The notes below the pieces were generated by a model. It searched no databases. It was not told where the DNA came from and was given only the letters and a program-made list of their open reading frames with translations. 64,000 bases of DNA, taken from Blepharisma stoltei ATCC 30299 (taxonomy: Eukaryota > Protista > Ciliophora). The number at the start of each line of letters is the position of its first letter. Within the stretch, counting starts at the first letter, position 1. The position numbers and the translations under genes were made by a program. Shown piece after piece: positions 1 to 13,409 of the stretch. The DNA is taken from assembly GCA_965603825.1 (NCBI GenBank), contig CBFDEM010000054.1, forward strand, positions 781,980 to 845,979, read 5' to 3'.

Positions 1-252
1 TTAAAAAAGCACGAATGGTTCACAGGCTATGACTGAGACAACCTTATTAACGAAGCCATTATTCCACCGTATACTCCAGACTTAGGAGATAGCTCTGAAG
101 ATATAGAAAATAACGGAGGTCACGTTTACATGTGGGACGCTCCATTAGATAATGAAAGTCAAGGTACTGAAGAATCGCTTCCTGACGTTTCTGACGCCGA
201 TTTAGAAGCGTATAAAAAGAGCATCCCTCAAAATTGGGATGAAAATTTTTAG
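1..252 (+). CDS. C-terminal fragment of an AGC-family kinase (PKG/PKA-like), 5' end outside window
   Basis: Frame 1 reads LKKHEWFTGYD[TGA=W]DNLINEAIIPPYTP...NWDENF then TAG at 250-252; typical AGC C-tail. Confidence 0.7.
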
Positions 253-299
253 TATAAAACATAAAGAAAGGGGGTAACACATAAAGCTAATAATTATAA

Positions 300-2816
300 A
301 TGGAAAAGGCGGAAAAAGCTTCAAAGCTCGTGGAAAAACTCTTCTCACAACTAATTGACCAGGTTGAAGGCATCATTGACGAAGAAAAGAAAGAATCTCA
401 TCAAAATATAGCAAAGTCTTTAGAATCAGCTTTTCCCGCAATTGAGAAAAAACTTAATTTTCCAGCTGGTTCGGTGGCTTTACAGCAAATCTTGGTTCAA
501 AGTGGGGAAAATTTCAACCACAGGTAAAGAATATTTAGGTCTAGCAACAATCAGGACAACCTCAGTGACGATATTGTCTTCTTAGGAGCTAGGGTGAAAC
601 ATGAAGAAATCACCATAGAATGCGTCAGAACGCTCATAATAAACCCCACCGACGCCATAAAAAAAGCCTATAGCATTCTGCTAGACCTTCTTCAAGTTTC
701 AACCTCCGCTTTACAGTCAGGGGCTCCACTTTCTCAAGTTTACATAAAAACTAAAGAAGCCTTAAAAAACATCGAGCCTGAGTACCTAAAACTTTTCCCG
801 CCAACCATTGGTTCCTGCAACACAAAAGTTATCAGCGAAAATTCTCAAGAAATCGCCCAAACTGGCGAAATCTACGCAATTCAGCTAGCTTTCAATAATT
901 TTCCGAAACCTGAGAGTTTTAAGTGCAAAAATGACCACTTTAGCCTTGTTATTTGTGATTCAGCCATAGTAAACCAAAATGGTCCTGTGAAAATCCTGAC
1001 GGAGGTGGCAAGGGATTACCAAGACATTTCGTATTCGCTAGAAGATGAAGAAGTAGCCACCCCGAAGCCGAAAAAAGAGAAAATTGACATGAAAGAACTG
1101 GAAAATCGAGGTGTGGTCAGGAGCTCGAGACTCAGGCATCAAATTAACAACCAGCAGCTGGAGAACGAAAAGAGGAGAAAAGAGCATCAGAATGAGCTCA
1201 GGGCGAAGAAATACGAAGAACTTAAACAGAGGTTCTCAAGGTTTGATATGGGAGAAAGAGACCATTCAACTGACCAGAGGTCTTTAACTGAGGTTATGTC
1301 ATATTCGTCAAGAGACACCTTCCCAGACGCCGCAAAGAAAAACCAAATTTTCGTTGACGCGAGACATGAAAGTGTGCTGGTTCCTATTCAAGGCCAGATT
1401 GTCCCATTCCATGTATCGACAATTAAAAATGTCAGCAAAAATGAAGAAGGGAGCTATTTTTTCCTAAGAATTAACTTTTTGCATCCAGGCGCTGGAATAA
1501 TTAAAGAAGGTGGCTACACCCTTCCAGACCTTAAAAACCCCAGCACTTTTTACCTAAAAGAGCTCACATTTAGAAGCAGCAACCCAAAGAACCTCAATAA
1601 CGCATTTCGGCTTCTAAAAGAGCTGATAAAAAGAGTCAAAGTCAAAGAATTCGAAGAAATCGAAAAATCGTCCTTGGTCGACCAAGAAAGACTTATGATT
1701 ATCAAAGGAAAAAGACCTATGCTCCCAGACGTCACAATCCGTCCTAACATTTCAGGCAAAAAGACCCAAGGCAGCTTAGAAGGCCACCAAAATGGGCTCA
1801 GATTTACCTCCAGCAAAGGAGAAAAGCTTGATATTATCTACTCCAACATAAAGCATGCCATTTTCCAGCCAGTCGAAAATGAATTAATAGTCCTTTTGCA
1901 TTTCCACCTACATAACTCTATTATGGTCGGCAATAAGAAAACAGTCGATGTGCAATTTTATACAGAAGCTGGCATACAAAGTGACGATTTAGATATGAGA
2001 AGACGAGGAGGGATGGATTTGGATGAAATCCAGCAAGAACAAAGGGAGAAAAAGTATAAGGAAAAGCTCAATAAGGAATTCAAAAATTTCGCTGAAGCTG
2101 TCCAAGCACTTTCTAATGAGTCTGTGGACTTTGATATTCCGTATAGAGAGCTGGGATTTTATGGAGTTCCTGCGAAGACTAATGTGTTTATCATGCCTTC
2201 TGTGAACTGCTTATTAAGTTTGGTAGAGCAGCCTTTCTTTGTGCTGAGTTTGAATGAAATTGAAGTCGCACATTTCGAAAGAGTCCAGTTTGCCCTCAGA
2301 AACTTCGACCTTGTATTTGTGTTTAAAAACTATTCCAAGCCTCCTATCAGAATCTGCACCATCCCTGCGGAATACCTTGACCCTATAAAAGATTGGCTTA
2401 ATGACATTGACATTGTTTACAGTGAAAGCATCAACCCACTTAACTGGGGAAATGTCATGAAAGAAATTTCTAGAGACCTACAAGGCTTCATTGAAGAAGG
2501 CGGCTGGAATTTCTTACAAGAAAGTGAAGATGAAGGCCAAAGTGAAGAAGAAAAAGAAGAAAGGGGCGAAGAAGACGAAGATTCTGAATTTGATGAAGAA
2601 GAATTAGGCAGTGAAGAAGGGGAATCAGATTTTGAAAGTGATGAAGAAAGTGAAGAAGAGGAAGAAGAATCTGAGGAAAGTGCTGAAAGTGAAGATGAAG
2701 AAGAGGAAGAAGGAATGGACTGGGATGCTCTAGAAGAAGAAGCCAAACGACAAGACGCCAAGCGAAATGCTAAAAATGTTGTCTCTGCAAAATCAACTAA
2801 AAAGACAAAGCATTAA
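300..2816 (+). CDS. SPT16: FACT complex subunit SPT16, 833 aa, one 15-nt intron (524-538)
   Basis: VPFHVSTIKN, YLKELTFRS, GSLEGHQNGLRF, DVQFYTE, FDIPYRELGFYGVP, acidic tail ending GMDWDALEEEA; intron gtaaagaatatttag joins ORFs 300 and 594 in frame. Confidence 0.95.
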
Positions 2817-2919
2817 TAAAATCATTGGAAAGTAAATTGAAACATTGGAATAATAATGAAGATAATGAATTGGAGAGAAATAAATAATTTTAAATATTGT
2901 AATTACCATTATAAAACTT

Positions 2920-3945
2920 ATGAGACATATAAAGATGACTGGGAAACTTGTATTTCTTCTGTCAGCGCTACTTATAATAGGGAATTTCGGTGTATCTGGC
3001 TGCTTAGATGTTCCAGGCCAAAATAACGAGGAATCTATTTTCAATTCAGACTCAAAGCTGACAGCACCACCTCCTATTTACCCAGTAAACCCTTCATGCG
3101 GCACGAGCTATGCACCTTTAGGCATTATGGCAGTCATTATCTTTATAATTTTATTTTTCTTGCCTTTATGGCTTGTTTGGGATATTTATCACGAAGATCC
3201 TGAAGATCAGAAAGGAAATATCATGTACGTTCCTCCTCCCCTTAAATCAAAAGCAGACAAAAAAGAACCCCGAGATTCAGGCAGAGCCCAAATTGATATC
3301 CTTGACGATAGTGTTAAATTTGAAGAAGAGCCTAGCAAAGTAATTGAGCCAGTCGCCGAAGCCAAATATCCAGAACTCCCTGTCGAAAAGCCCAGGAAAA
3401 AAAGAGAAAGAGGCAAACTAATTCAGCTGATAGAAAGCCACTTGCTGTTTGGGATGTTTTTTTATAGGCCAAGCTTTACCAGAGTTTTAAGAGCATTTAC
3501 TTTAATTACAGTCGTCATGTTTGAATTTATGCTTGAAGGGGCAATGTTGGAAGCCTTTGAAAATACAGACGTGGGCGAAGTAATGGATGCTTCAGATATA
3601 ATGAGCAATTATAAGAGAGAATATTTTGCTTATATGGTACTAGCTATTGTTATAGCCTCACCTGTGGAGTTTTATTTATCAGCAGCATTAAGCACCGATA
3701 GGTCTAATGGGATTTGCTGGGTGGTGTCTGCTATTATTTTTGGATTTTCTGTACTTATTGGGTCTATTGCAGGAATTATTGTATTATCGTTTCAATTTTG
3801 TTATGAATGGAGTGGGTATTGGTGCTTTAACTTTTTATTTGGAATTCTTATAGAAATTTTTATTATTCAAGCTGCGTATATGATTATAAGGTTTTTCAAA
3901 GAATGTATCCATTCTTTTATCAGGAGACACCGTCATAGAGCTTAA
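2920..3945 (+). CDS. Multi-pass membrane protein with signal peptide and a polycystin-1-like TM segment
   Basis: Hydrophobic N-terminus, about 5 TM helices; HLLFGMFFYRPSFTRVLR resembles the PKD1 HxWxS..FTRxQR motif. Confidence 0.6.
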   Translation: MRHIKMTGKLVFLLSALLIIGNFGVSGCLDVPGQNNEESIFNSDSKLTAPPPIYPVNPSCGTSYAPLGIMAVIIFIILFFLPLWLVWDIYHEDPEDQKGNIMYVPPPLKSKADKKEPRDSGRAQIDILDDSVKFEEEPSKVIEPVAEAKYPELPVEKPRKKRERGKLIQLIESHLLFGMFFYRPSFTRVLRAFTLITVVMFEFMLEGAMLEAFENTDVGEVMDASDIMSNYKREYFAYMVLAIVIASPVEFYLSAALSTDRSNGICWVVSAIIFGFSVLIGSIAGIIVLSFQFCYEWSGYWCFNFLFGILIEIFIIQAAYMIIRFFKECIHSFIRRHRHRA

Positions 3946-3984
3946 TTGAAATCATAATAATCCTTCTTTTAGTTATTTATGTTT

Positions 3985-4345
3985 AAATTAATTAGTCAAT
4001 TATGCTGCCTTGCAAATCTATCAATAGCTTTAAGCTTGCGCTGTATTAAAAGCAAATCTTGGTCTCAAAATTCTGTAAAAGAGAGCTGAAAGGGAAATTT
4101 AGATCAAATCTGGCTTCAAATAAATTTTTTTCCTTATGCATCAGCGCTTAGAATAACTTTTCTGAAATTCACTAGCATTAAGATGTGCTTGTCATATATG
4201 AACTATTAGATCCTCTTTCAAAATAAGTTTTAACCCCTATATATTAATAAATGATGCTATTCCTTAAATCTTTAATTTGATGATGCAGATATATTTCAAA
4301 AAGCTTTTTAGCATCTCATTTTTATTCTCAACTCTATTTTTTTCA
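3985..4345 (-). pseudogene. Decayed duplicate of the UBC-domain 3' end of the neighbouring PARP-UBC gene
   Basis: Collinear similarity with 4451-5010 (e.g. aaaagcaaatcttgg, tgaaagggaaattt, agcgcttagaata, tattagatcctc) with deletions and stops. Confidence 0.75.
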
Positions 4346-4451
4346 GTTTTATAGACTGGGAAGGATCCATGCTTCTCAAGGAATTTTTGTGATTGATTTT
4401 CTTTTTTCATTTATACTGGACTTACCAACATCTTTATGTTAATTATCTAAA

Positions 4452-7334
4452 TTAATTAAGCCAATTATGTTGTCTTGCAACTCTATCAAAAGCTTCTTGA
4501 GCTTCTCCCAATGAATAATCAACATATGACTGATTCGGGTCCAGCTTAGCCCCTCCCTCCAACATATTAAATAAAATTTCAATAAAAATGCTCTCTACAG
4601 TTCTCACAGGAATCCACCCTGAAGGCGTCAAAGATTGCATACAAATAGACCCTCCGATCGTGACATGTCCAGTATGAAAAGCAAATCTTGGCCTCACAAT
4701 TCTTACAAAAGGAGGATTGAAAGGGAAATTTGCATCAAATCTGACCTCAAATAGAATTTCTTTTTCTCTGCCATAGCGCTTAGAATAGGCTTCAAATTCT
4801 TTCTGAAGGTCTTTTGGGATCTCAAATTGAGTAACATTAAGATGCACTTGCCATATATACATATTAGATCCTCCTTCAAATTCAGGAACTAAGCCTTTGC
4901 ATTCTTTGGATTTTAACAAATAGCGGTATTCTTGAAGGATCCTTTTATTTGATGTGGCAGATCCTTGCCCAGAAAACGCTTTTTCGATTTTTTTAATTTT
5001 TTCTTCAGCCTCTATGTCTTTTTGATTTTCATCAGCCCTTTGGACTTGAGGGGATTTTTGCTCCTCGAACATTTTTTGTGACCGATTCTCGGTTTGTGCT
5101 TTTTGCAAGGATTTTCTGATTGCTTCGTCAATGCGAGCTTTGCGGATTGATGCCTTTTTGGCTGCGAATGCTTTTTCAAACTTCTTTAAATGGTCTGTAA
5201 GCTCTAGATCGTTGGCATTAGCGTTTAATTTGTTGTAGTCGCTGGAGTTTCAGAGAAGTAGGTATCGGATAATCAGTTCTTTGTCGTTTTGGATTACGTA
5301 CACACCTCTGCCTGTATTGTAGTTTTTGTTGTTTTTAATAACTTCTATAATTGCCATGCAGCCAGTTGGAGGATTATGAAGGATGCCATAAGGCCAAATA
5401 GAACCTCCATCAGACATCCTTGAGTAGCCTAAAGATGTCCCCATATTTTCTGCACTATAAACTCCAGGCCCCGCAGCAGCCCCTGCAGTCATCATATGAG
5501 TATTACTAAGATTTCTGATCCCATTTCTTAAAATTGAGTACCAATTTTCTATAGCACTCCCATGAAAAGCAAAAAATGAGCCATGTTTTTGCTTAAGCCT
5601 ATTAAATTCCCTTTCAGCTTCAGGTGAATGGTTAGTCACAATATATTGCTGGATTCCCTCATCTAGTTTTTTAATTTTCCATTCTCCATCAAGTCTCACT
5701 AACGCTAGCCTATTAGTAGCAATAATATATCTAAGTAGTTTATAAGTCATCATAGAATTTTCTCCTATAAGAGTCGCCAAATAATCCCTCAAAGCCAGTT
5801 CATCTGAGCATTGGTCTTTCAGCATATGAGGGTTAGGCATCGACCTAAGAATTACTCTTAAATATTCAATGTCTTTATTATTGTCCATTTCTGATGTATA
5901 TTTTTGTCCTCCAGTTCTTGACAAGAATCCTGCCTTTCCTCTCATCTGCTCTTTTTTTAGCAAAAAACTAGGAAATGGTTCAAATACAGTTTGGGCTCGT
6001 GCTGAAGCTGCAGCTTCTGAGGCAAAGGAGAGGTCTAGCATTATTAAATTTATATTGTTTTTAAGCTCAGCGTATATAGAAAGCCCAGAAATTTCTTCAA
6101 ATCTAAATTCGCAGATCTCTTGGTTACAAGCGCGAAGCCTAATGGAGTCACAGTTATGCTTTTTATAGCAGATAAAGCAGTAATTCGTACAGTTTTGGAT
6201 GCGATCTCTCATATAGAATAGCATATTGTAAAAGAAGTTGTTGCAAGGGATGATAGCTTCAGCGAATTCTCCTCTATAGCTGCTAAAAACACCTGTATTA
6301 GCAATATCTAAAGCAGCGTCTAAGTCATTTTGAGAAAGCTGTAGCGCTTCTGTGGCCAGATCTTTAGGGAAACCCATAGTGACCATCTGCTTTACTAGAT
6401 TTTTATTGGCCGTTGTTTTATATTTTGCATTTTCTATACTATTTTCTCTAGACAAAGAAAGTGCTGAGCTTCCGCCTTTGCTTTTCATTGCATTATAAAC
6501 ATCGTCTCTATATTTTCTAACTCTTCCCAATATATATTCTCTGCAGCCATAAGAGTCCATTGACCCTCCTTGTAGAACCTCAAAGTTTAATGATCCTAAA
6601 AGAGCAGGAGTCCATTGTATTTCGTCCAAAGTCTGAATAATCCTATTATCGTTTATAGTAATACTTATGACTAAAGGAGACTCGTAGGTTAATTCTAGCA
6701 TAATCATAACACTGTCTGGGATATCCAAAAATGCCAAATCAATTTCTAGCCGAATATTGCTTAAGACCGGATTGTTGGTGATTTTACAGGAGTGGCGGAG
6801 GTCTGGGCAACTGTTAAAAGTCTCGTTTAAGAGTTCTACTGCTTCTGCAGCCTCTCTGAAGATAAAGTGGTTTTGAGCGAATTCAGGAAGACCTTGGAAA
6901 CTGGCGTCACTTTTTCCAGTTCTTTGAGCTGTTTTTACTAATCTTTCGTTTTCAGCTTCTATTATTTCATCATGGTAGTCTAAGTCCATTTCAGTATCAG
7001 AACCAAAGTCATTATCTGAGGCGAATTCTTTGTATTCTGAGTATTTATTGATTATTTTATCTAAAAACTTAGAAATCTGCATATCACCAGTAAGCAAATC
7101 ACTTGCACAATCTTGCAGAGTTTGGCTTGCCCATTCTATTCAGGATTTGATAGCAGAATTCTTAGAGCTTGAAGAAATCTCGAAATCTTCAAAATTAATT
7201 TTGATATATTGCTCGTCTAGTAGGAAATTTAGTCGTAAATTTTCAGCAGATTCAAAAGTTACAGGATAACTCAATGCTTCTCCGTTTTCTTCAAGCCAAG
7301 TGAAGAAAGACGTCATTAGGATATCATCATCCAT
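4452..7334 (-). CDS. 960-aa UBA + PARP6/8-like mono-ADP-ribosyltransferase + UBE2Q-like E2 fusion protein
   Basis: Three ORFs joined in frame through TGA at 7140 and 5250; UBA (MGFPKDLATEAL..NDLDAALD), Cys/His cluster, FHGS..NWYSILRNG, GPGVY, then PFNPPFVR..GHVTIGGSICMQSL..SGW. Confidence 0.9.
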
Positions 7335-7565
7335 TTTTTATAACTTCTATTTTATTAAATATATGTCTCTGCAATATCTAGGAATCTAAATCAATTAAAT
7401 TCTTTAAGAACGCATTTTCACTATTTCAGACCATTTCTAAGAACAAGATCTATTAAGTTTAATAAGTTAATGAAAAATAACGTAATTTAAAGGTATTATG
7501 TATTAATACTACGTTAATTTTCAAATAACTAAGATATTTATTATTAATATTGGCTAACATACTAA

Positions 7566-10500
7566 TTATTTACGATTAAGATTTTTTATACGTTCCTTCA
7601 CATCATTGATCGACACAGACTGATCTTCAGAAGACCCTGACTTGCTCAGCAAAGTATTCACCTTCGCTTTTAAGTCCGTCAGTGTAGTGCTCGTCTGGAC
7701 AGGCTGGTTATTTGAAAGTCCATATCTCTGCTTCATAAGTGCCAGCCTATTCTGGAAATCCTGGAAATTATAGCTTTCTGATGGAGGAGCATGCTCACTT
7801 TTTTCAGCTTTGCCTTCTTCTCTTAGTGCCCGCAAATCCTCAGCAATTTGGTTGGAAAGAGTCTTTGGGAGCTGGCTTAAAAGTGCTGAAAAATCAGTTT
7901 TCGAGTCTTTTTCTGTAAAATCAAAAAATTCTTTTATGGCTTGTGGGTAGGCAGATGGGTCATTTAATCTTGAAAGAATTGAGGAAAGGATAGGATCGTT
8001 GAACATTTTATTTTGTCTTGGAGACTGGGCGACCAAAGGCTTATTGGAGCTTGAAAGAATCATATTGATCCATCTTTCTATATTATTATCTGGCTCAGGG
8101 TGTTTTCTGACAGCCTCATACGACTGCCAGATATTTTCACCTTTTAGCTTTACAAGCTCATTTATGATAGTTTTTATCGTCTTAGTCCCCATTTCGTCTG
8201 AAGCTGGTGAAGCTCCACTCGTTGACCTATGTGTAATCAAATATTCATGCATCGCCAATAGTAATTCCTCAACTTGAATATTCTGCACAATATTTCCCAG
8301 AACTTTTGTCAATTTCAACAGACATCTGATTATCAAGCCAGGAATTTTAGGACATAAATCGTCATTTATATATCTCGTCAGCAGCTTTATTAATACCACA
8401 AACACTTGTGTAGGCTTTCCGTTTTCTAGAATTCTCAACATAGCGCCATTAAGAGTTTTTAGCATTGCTTCACCTTCTCCTTTTTCTCCGATTTTGTCTA
8501 AATCGTCTATAAGAAGTCTTTTTAAGATTTGTTCGGATAATTGGTATAAGGAGTTATCAGATAGCCGGATCATAATAGGTTTGGTGCAGCACATCTTTAT
8601 TACCACGCTTAAGAAGTATTTGGCGAACCTTAACGGGATAGTTTCAACTGGCCTCTCAAAAGTGCTGACCATTACTTTGCATAGAGCTTCAGTTAGAATA
8701 TTTGCTTTGTATTGGAGCTCTACCATATGAGATTCTTGCTCATTAATCATATAGTCATTTATAGCTACCAATGAGTCTACACGTGAACTCATATCTCCAT
8801 GCTTCAGGGTCTGTATATGATTATCTAGCTCGGTCAGGATTTCTGGCTCTGGCGCAGTCTCTTCTTCAATTACTTTTGCTTTGACTATTTCTGCTTTGTT
8901 TTCTATCTTTTCTACTACCTTTTGCCTTGGGATAATTTTTTCCTCAATTTTTGCCTCTTCGCCTACCTCTTCAGTTTCTATGAAAACCTGCACATCATTG
9001 TTTTGTGTAAAATTAGGAAATACAATTTCTTCTGGCTTTATAGTAATATTCGGCGAATTTGGCTTAAAATTGTTGTTTTCTTCTTCATTTTTTCTATATT
9101 TACTGTTATTTAGGGAGGTTCCTGAGATCACTTTGAATCTCTGTTCTAATAGATCTCTGACTTTGTCTGGGATGTCTCCTATGAGATTTCACACCTTGTC
9201 TCTGGTGTATTTATAGACTTCTCCGATAGTTCCAACAGCTGAGAGCCTTACATTGTTGTCTGGGCTGTTTACAAACTTCGCTATAGCTCTTATGTCTCTT
9301 GGCTGGGCTATGTTGGTGCCATATTCTTGAATAAGGCTTGATAATTCGTCAAGACACTCAACTTTGCTTCTGGTGTTTTTGGAATTAAGCCCTTGAAGAA
9401 CAGATAGAAACACTTTCTCAGGAGGATAAATTTTTGCTACATTGTGAATAATACTTCTCGTCATCGTCCTGAAAACTGCGTTATTATGTCCTGATTTTTC
9501 ACACAAAATTGGTAAAAATAGTGAGGCTTCTCCATCACTAAGTACAAATCCTTCAACTTGAAGCATGGACACTATTTGTATCGACAGTTCTAATATTGAC
9601 TTATATAGCTGCGTATTTGTTGTCTCAAAAAGTCTTACCCAAATGTATTTAAATATTAAATCTACCAGCTCAACCATTTCTTTTGGCTGTGTGTTTACCA
9701 AATTTGAGATATATTGGCATGCTTCAATCTGTTTTTTAAATTCAGAAGAAAACATCAAAGAGAACAAGTCAGCTGAAAAATTATTTTTTATTTGTTCCCT
9801 GAGCTTTTCCACAAACTCTTCTCTCAAATCATCGACTGTTCATTTATTTTTCAAATCTTGTTCAAGTCTTTTTTCTTTGTTTCCACTGCTCAGTACTGAA
9901 AAGTCTTGTGAAGGTATAAGATCGCCTCTTGAAGGACTTTTAGGAGGCTCCGCTTCAGCTGGTTTTGGATTTAGCTTTAAACGTGTGGGACGTGAATTTG
10001 CTTTTGAAGCCTTAGAAGCTTTTGAATTCGCTTGAGGCTCTATTTGAGGGGCCTCTGATATCACAACTGCAGGAGTTGTCCTATATTTATCCAAAATCAA
10101 GCACAAACTATTCATTACCGCCGGCTTCAGGTCTTTTAAGCATGGCTGGAATGCTTCCATTCCTATATAATTAATAACTTCTGCAAACAGCAGCTCAGTC
10201 GCATTTCTAATACTTGCGCTTCTATCTTGTAAACATGAAATTATTCCTGGGATCAGCAGCTTTAAGTCGCATTTAGGCAAGTTTTCCTTGTGGGCCAAGA
10301 GTCAGTTTAGCAGCTCAGTTCTAAGCTCAGGGTTATCTAAAGTTAAAGGGGTTGCACTATGGTTTATGATGTCTTCAGGGCCAACTTCTTGTGCCCATTT
10401 ATCAATAGAAGCAAGGGCTTCTTGTCTTAGCAAACTGTTTTTGTCTGATAAATTGGACAAGACGTTAGGGATGATTGCTTTGGAATAGACTTTTGAGTCA

Positions 10501-13340
10501 TTCCCCATAGCTTGTGCAAGCTTAGAAACTAATGCTAAACTTTGTCTGACGAGGGATTTATTTGGGTCATTCAGTCTTTCTTTTATAGCTTTTATTAGCT
10601 GCTCAAGTCCTGCTGGCAGAATCCTCATTCCGCTTTGGTCTAAGGACGCTTCTACCGCTTCCAAGCCTTCTTTCCTGATTTTCCAATTGGTGTCGCTGAT
10701 TTTCTTTAGAATGGCTGGAGTAATTGACTGAGAAATATTTGCCCTAGGAAAAGAAGCATCCAGCATTTTATTTGGGTCGATTTTGGACTCTTCTGAGCCT
10801 TTAATCTGCTTATAATTGGCTGTTTTTATGATTTCTGTCTTAGAAAAGTCTTCTTGTAAGACTTTCAGTGTGGCTTCTTTTATATCTGATATAAAAGGCA
10901 GGATTTTGTCCCCAATGTAACTGTAAATTTGGATAGTCAAGCTATGTGAAGCTTTTTTTATTATAGGGTTTGTTTGGCTTAGCCCAGATTTAGCATACTC
11001 AATGACTTCTTTTAAATTTACTGTATGAGCCCCGAATTCTCCTATAATTTTTCCTATAACAATGCAGCACTCTGAAACAACTTTAGGCTTATTGCAGTCA
11101 GATGTATTTTTTACAATCTGCCCTATCACAAATTTAGGCCCAAGGTCTTCACATAATGCTGATATACAAGTACTCAAGCTTTCTACAAGTTTATTATCAG
11201 AAAATTTATCCAATGCTAAAGAATTCAGTGCTATAACTCCTGACCTTTTTGTTATATTACAATTTTGTGCCAAATATGTTATCAATTCAAATGCTGCTTT
11301 ATTGACATTAAAATTATTTTCTTTTCAATCTTTTACAGTGCTTTTAATAAATCTTGATAAAGCTTCGTTGTTTTCTGATGCTACTGGAATGTTTGTAGAG
11401 GCCCATTCTTGAAGCAGCTGCAGGCCGCTTTGCTTTTCTTTCCAGGCGCTGTCTTTTAGTTTGGTAAATACCTCAGTAGGAATAAGGCTAGAAATAACAG
11501 TTTCAGCGTCTTCTGCTGAAATGGCTGTTCCTAATTCTTCTTCTCCTGATGGGGCTGATGGATTGTTTGTGGCCTGTCTTTGCAAAGCTGGGACAGGCTG
11601 GTTTTTAGGTTTACTCGCCGCTTTTGTAGGAGGCGGACTCTTTTCTCTTGGCTTTGGCTCATTTTCTTCACTGTTAGCAAACTTCGTGTCCCCAGCCTCC
11701 TCAAGCTTTTTCATTTTCGCAGGCGGCAAATCCCTAATAATTGGATTTATCACGTCAGGACACTTAATTAGTAGCGTATTCAGTACCTTAAATGAGGTGT
11801 TTCTCACCTCTAATGCACTATCATCTAAATTTTTCTTAAAAATAACTGCAATTCTGCTCGCTATTCTATTAACGACTTCATTAGGCTGTGTTGAAAAAAT
11901 CTTTTCAAGCCAAATCGATGCATTTATTTTTACTGATGGCGTCTTGTCTTCAAGCGCTTCTTTTATATCATCAAGGACCTGCTCCAAGCTGACACTATAT
12001 AAAAGATTGTCGAGCCCTATATGGGCTTCTTGTATTACCTGCGGCTTCTTGTCTTTGAATTTCATTATCATCATTGGGAAAAACTGCTTCGCAAAGCTAT
12101 CGAAATATTTTCGCTGGCCTTTGGCGAGCAAGCCTATAAGTCTCATAGCTTGGACCATCACATTTATATTGCTGTCGTTAAACAGCCTTTTCGCAAGTGT
12201 TGTAAGGGCAATAGGACTTTTTTCAGCAAGTTTAGGATAGTTTAGATCATTATTGAGCTCTTCGAGAGCGTTCTTTTTGTCGATCCATTTTTCCATTGCA
12301 AGCACAGACTCTGTTCATCTTTCATTATACTTGTTGAACACATCCTTTGCATCTGCCATGTCATAAATATCTATTGCAGGAGCAGGAGCTCTAGTACTGC
12401 TAGGTTTAGATTCCTCAATTTTAGGCTCTTGTCCCGCCATGTATCTGATTGGAATTGGAGGGTCAATGATATCTTCAAAGGCTTTTTCTAGCTCATCTTT
12501 TTGAGCTTTTTTAAGCTTTTCAACGCTAGACTTGATAAGTTCACGGACCCATCTATATGTTTCTTTATAAAAGTTTAGAGCTTCTCCTCTTACTTGGGCA
12601 TTGCTGACTGAAGCAAATTTTTCGATAATATCAATAAAAGGCTTATGAGAAAATGCTTTTACCCCAAAATTATTTATAAGCAAATTCACAGCAGAAATAG
12701 CTGCTGCTTGGATTTTGATATTTTTGTTATTTAAAGCTCCAATTAGTCCTTGAATGAATTTTTCTGTGTTATTGTTGTTATGTAAAGCATAGAAGTCAAG
12801 AAGGAAATTAGAGGATTTTTGTTTGATTTGCTGCTTGGCTGAGCTTAGTGCTTTTTCAATGAGGGTTCTCACTATTGTCTCGCTTTGAGAAATAATAAGA
12901 TCTGGTCGAGATGTATTATATACTGATAATATTTCTAATGCATTTTCCTGTACTCCTACATGTGAATCAGAAATAAATTTTGCCAGTTTGTCAGCATACT
13001 CTTCAAATGGAGGATCTGGGCTGTTTTTCAATAAATTCATTAATTCCTCAATAGCTTTCATTCTTGAATTTCATGATTTCGATTCCAATCTATCACTAAG
13101 CGGCCCGGTTTCCTCTTCTTTAGTCTCTTCTTCCTTAGGGAATTCTTCTAGAGAGAAGTTATAAGCTCCAGTCCCTCCTAAAGGTTTTTCATTTTGATCT
13201 TTAAATTGAATATCATCACTTGAAATATTATATGTTGAAGCGCCCTTCAGGGGAATTTCATCTATTGGTATAGAGCCAGCAAAATCTGATGAAATGCTGC
13301 GATTCTTGCTGCCAGATATGGGAATTTCGTCGTAAGACAT
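7566..13340 (-). CDS. CKAP5: XMAP215/ch-TOG microtubule polymerase, 1924 aa
   Basis: Seven in-frame ORFs separated only by TGA at 13071, 12315, 11325, 10302, 9840 and 9189; HEAT/TOG motifs SKSWNSR, KWIDKK, AWKEK, NWKIRKEGLE, FKKQIEA. Confidence 0.93.
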
Positions 13341-13409
13341 ATTAAAATATTATTTTAGTTAAGTTTAGAAGCATGTTTATGTCATTGAAAGTAAAAATAG
13401 TTAAAATAA

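Noticed and set aside
11461-12240. Long antisense ORFs (also 14606-15214, 2417-2761, 46630-47046)
   Set aside because: Shadows of real genes on the opposite strand with no recognisable motifs.
7566-13340. Operon-like run of separate genes, or a pseudogene, as the ORF track suggests
   Set aside because: All breaks are in-frame TGA, mostly at plausible Trp sites; it is one XMAP215 gene.
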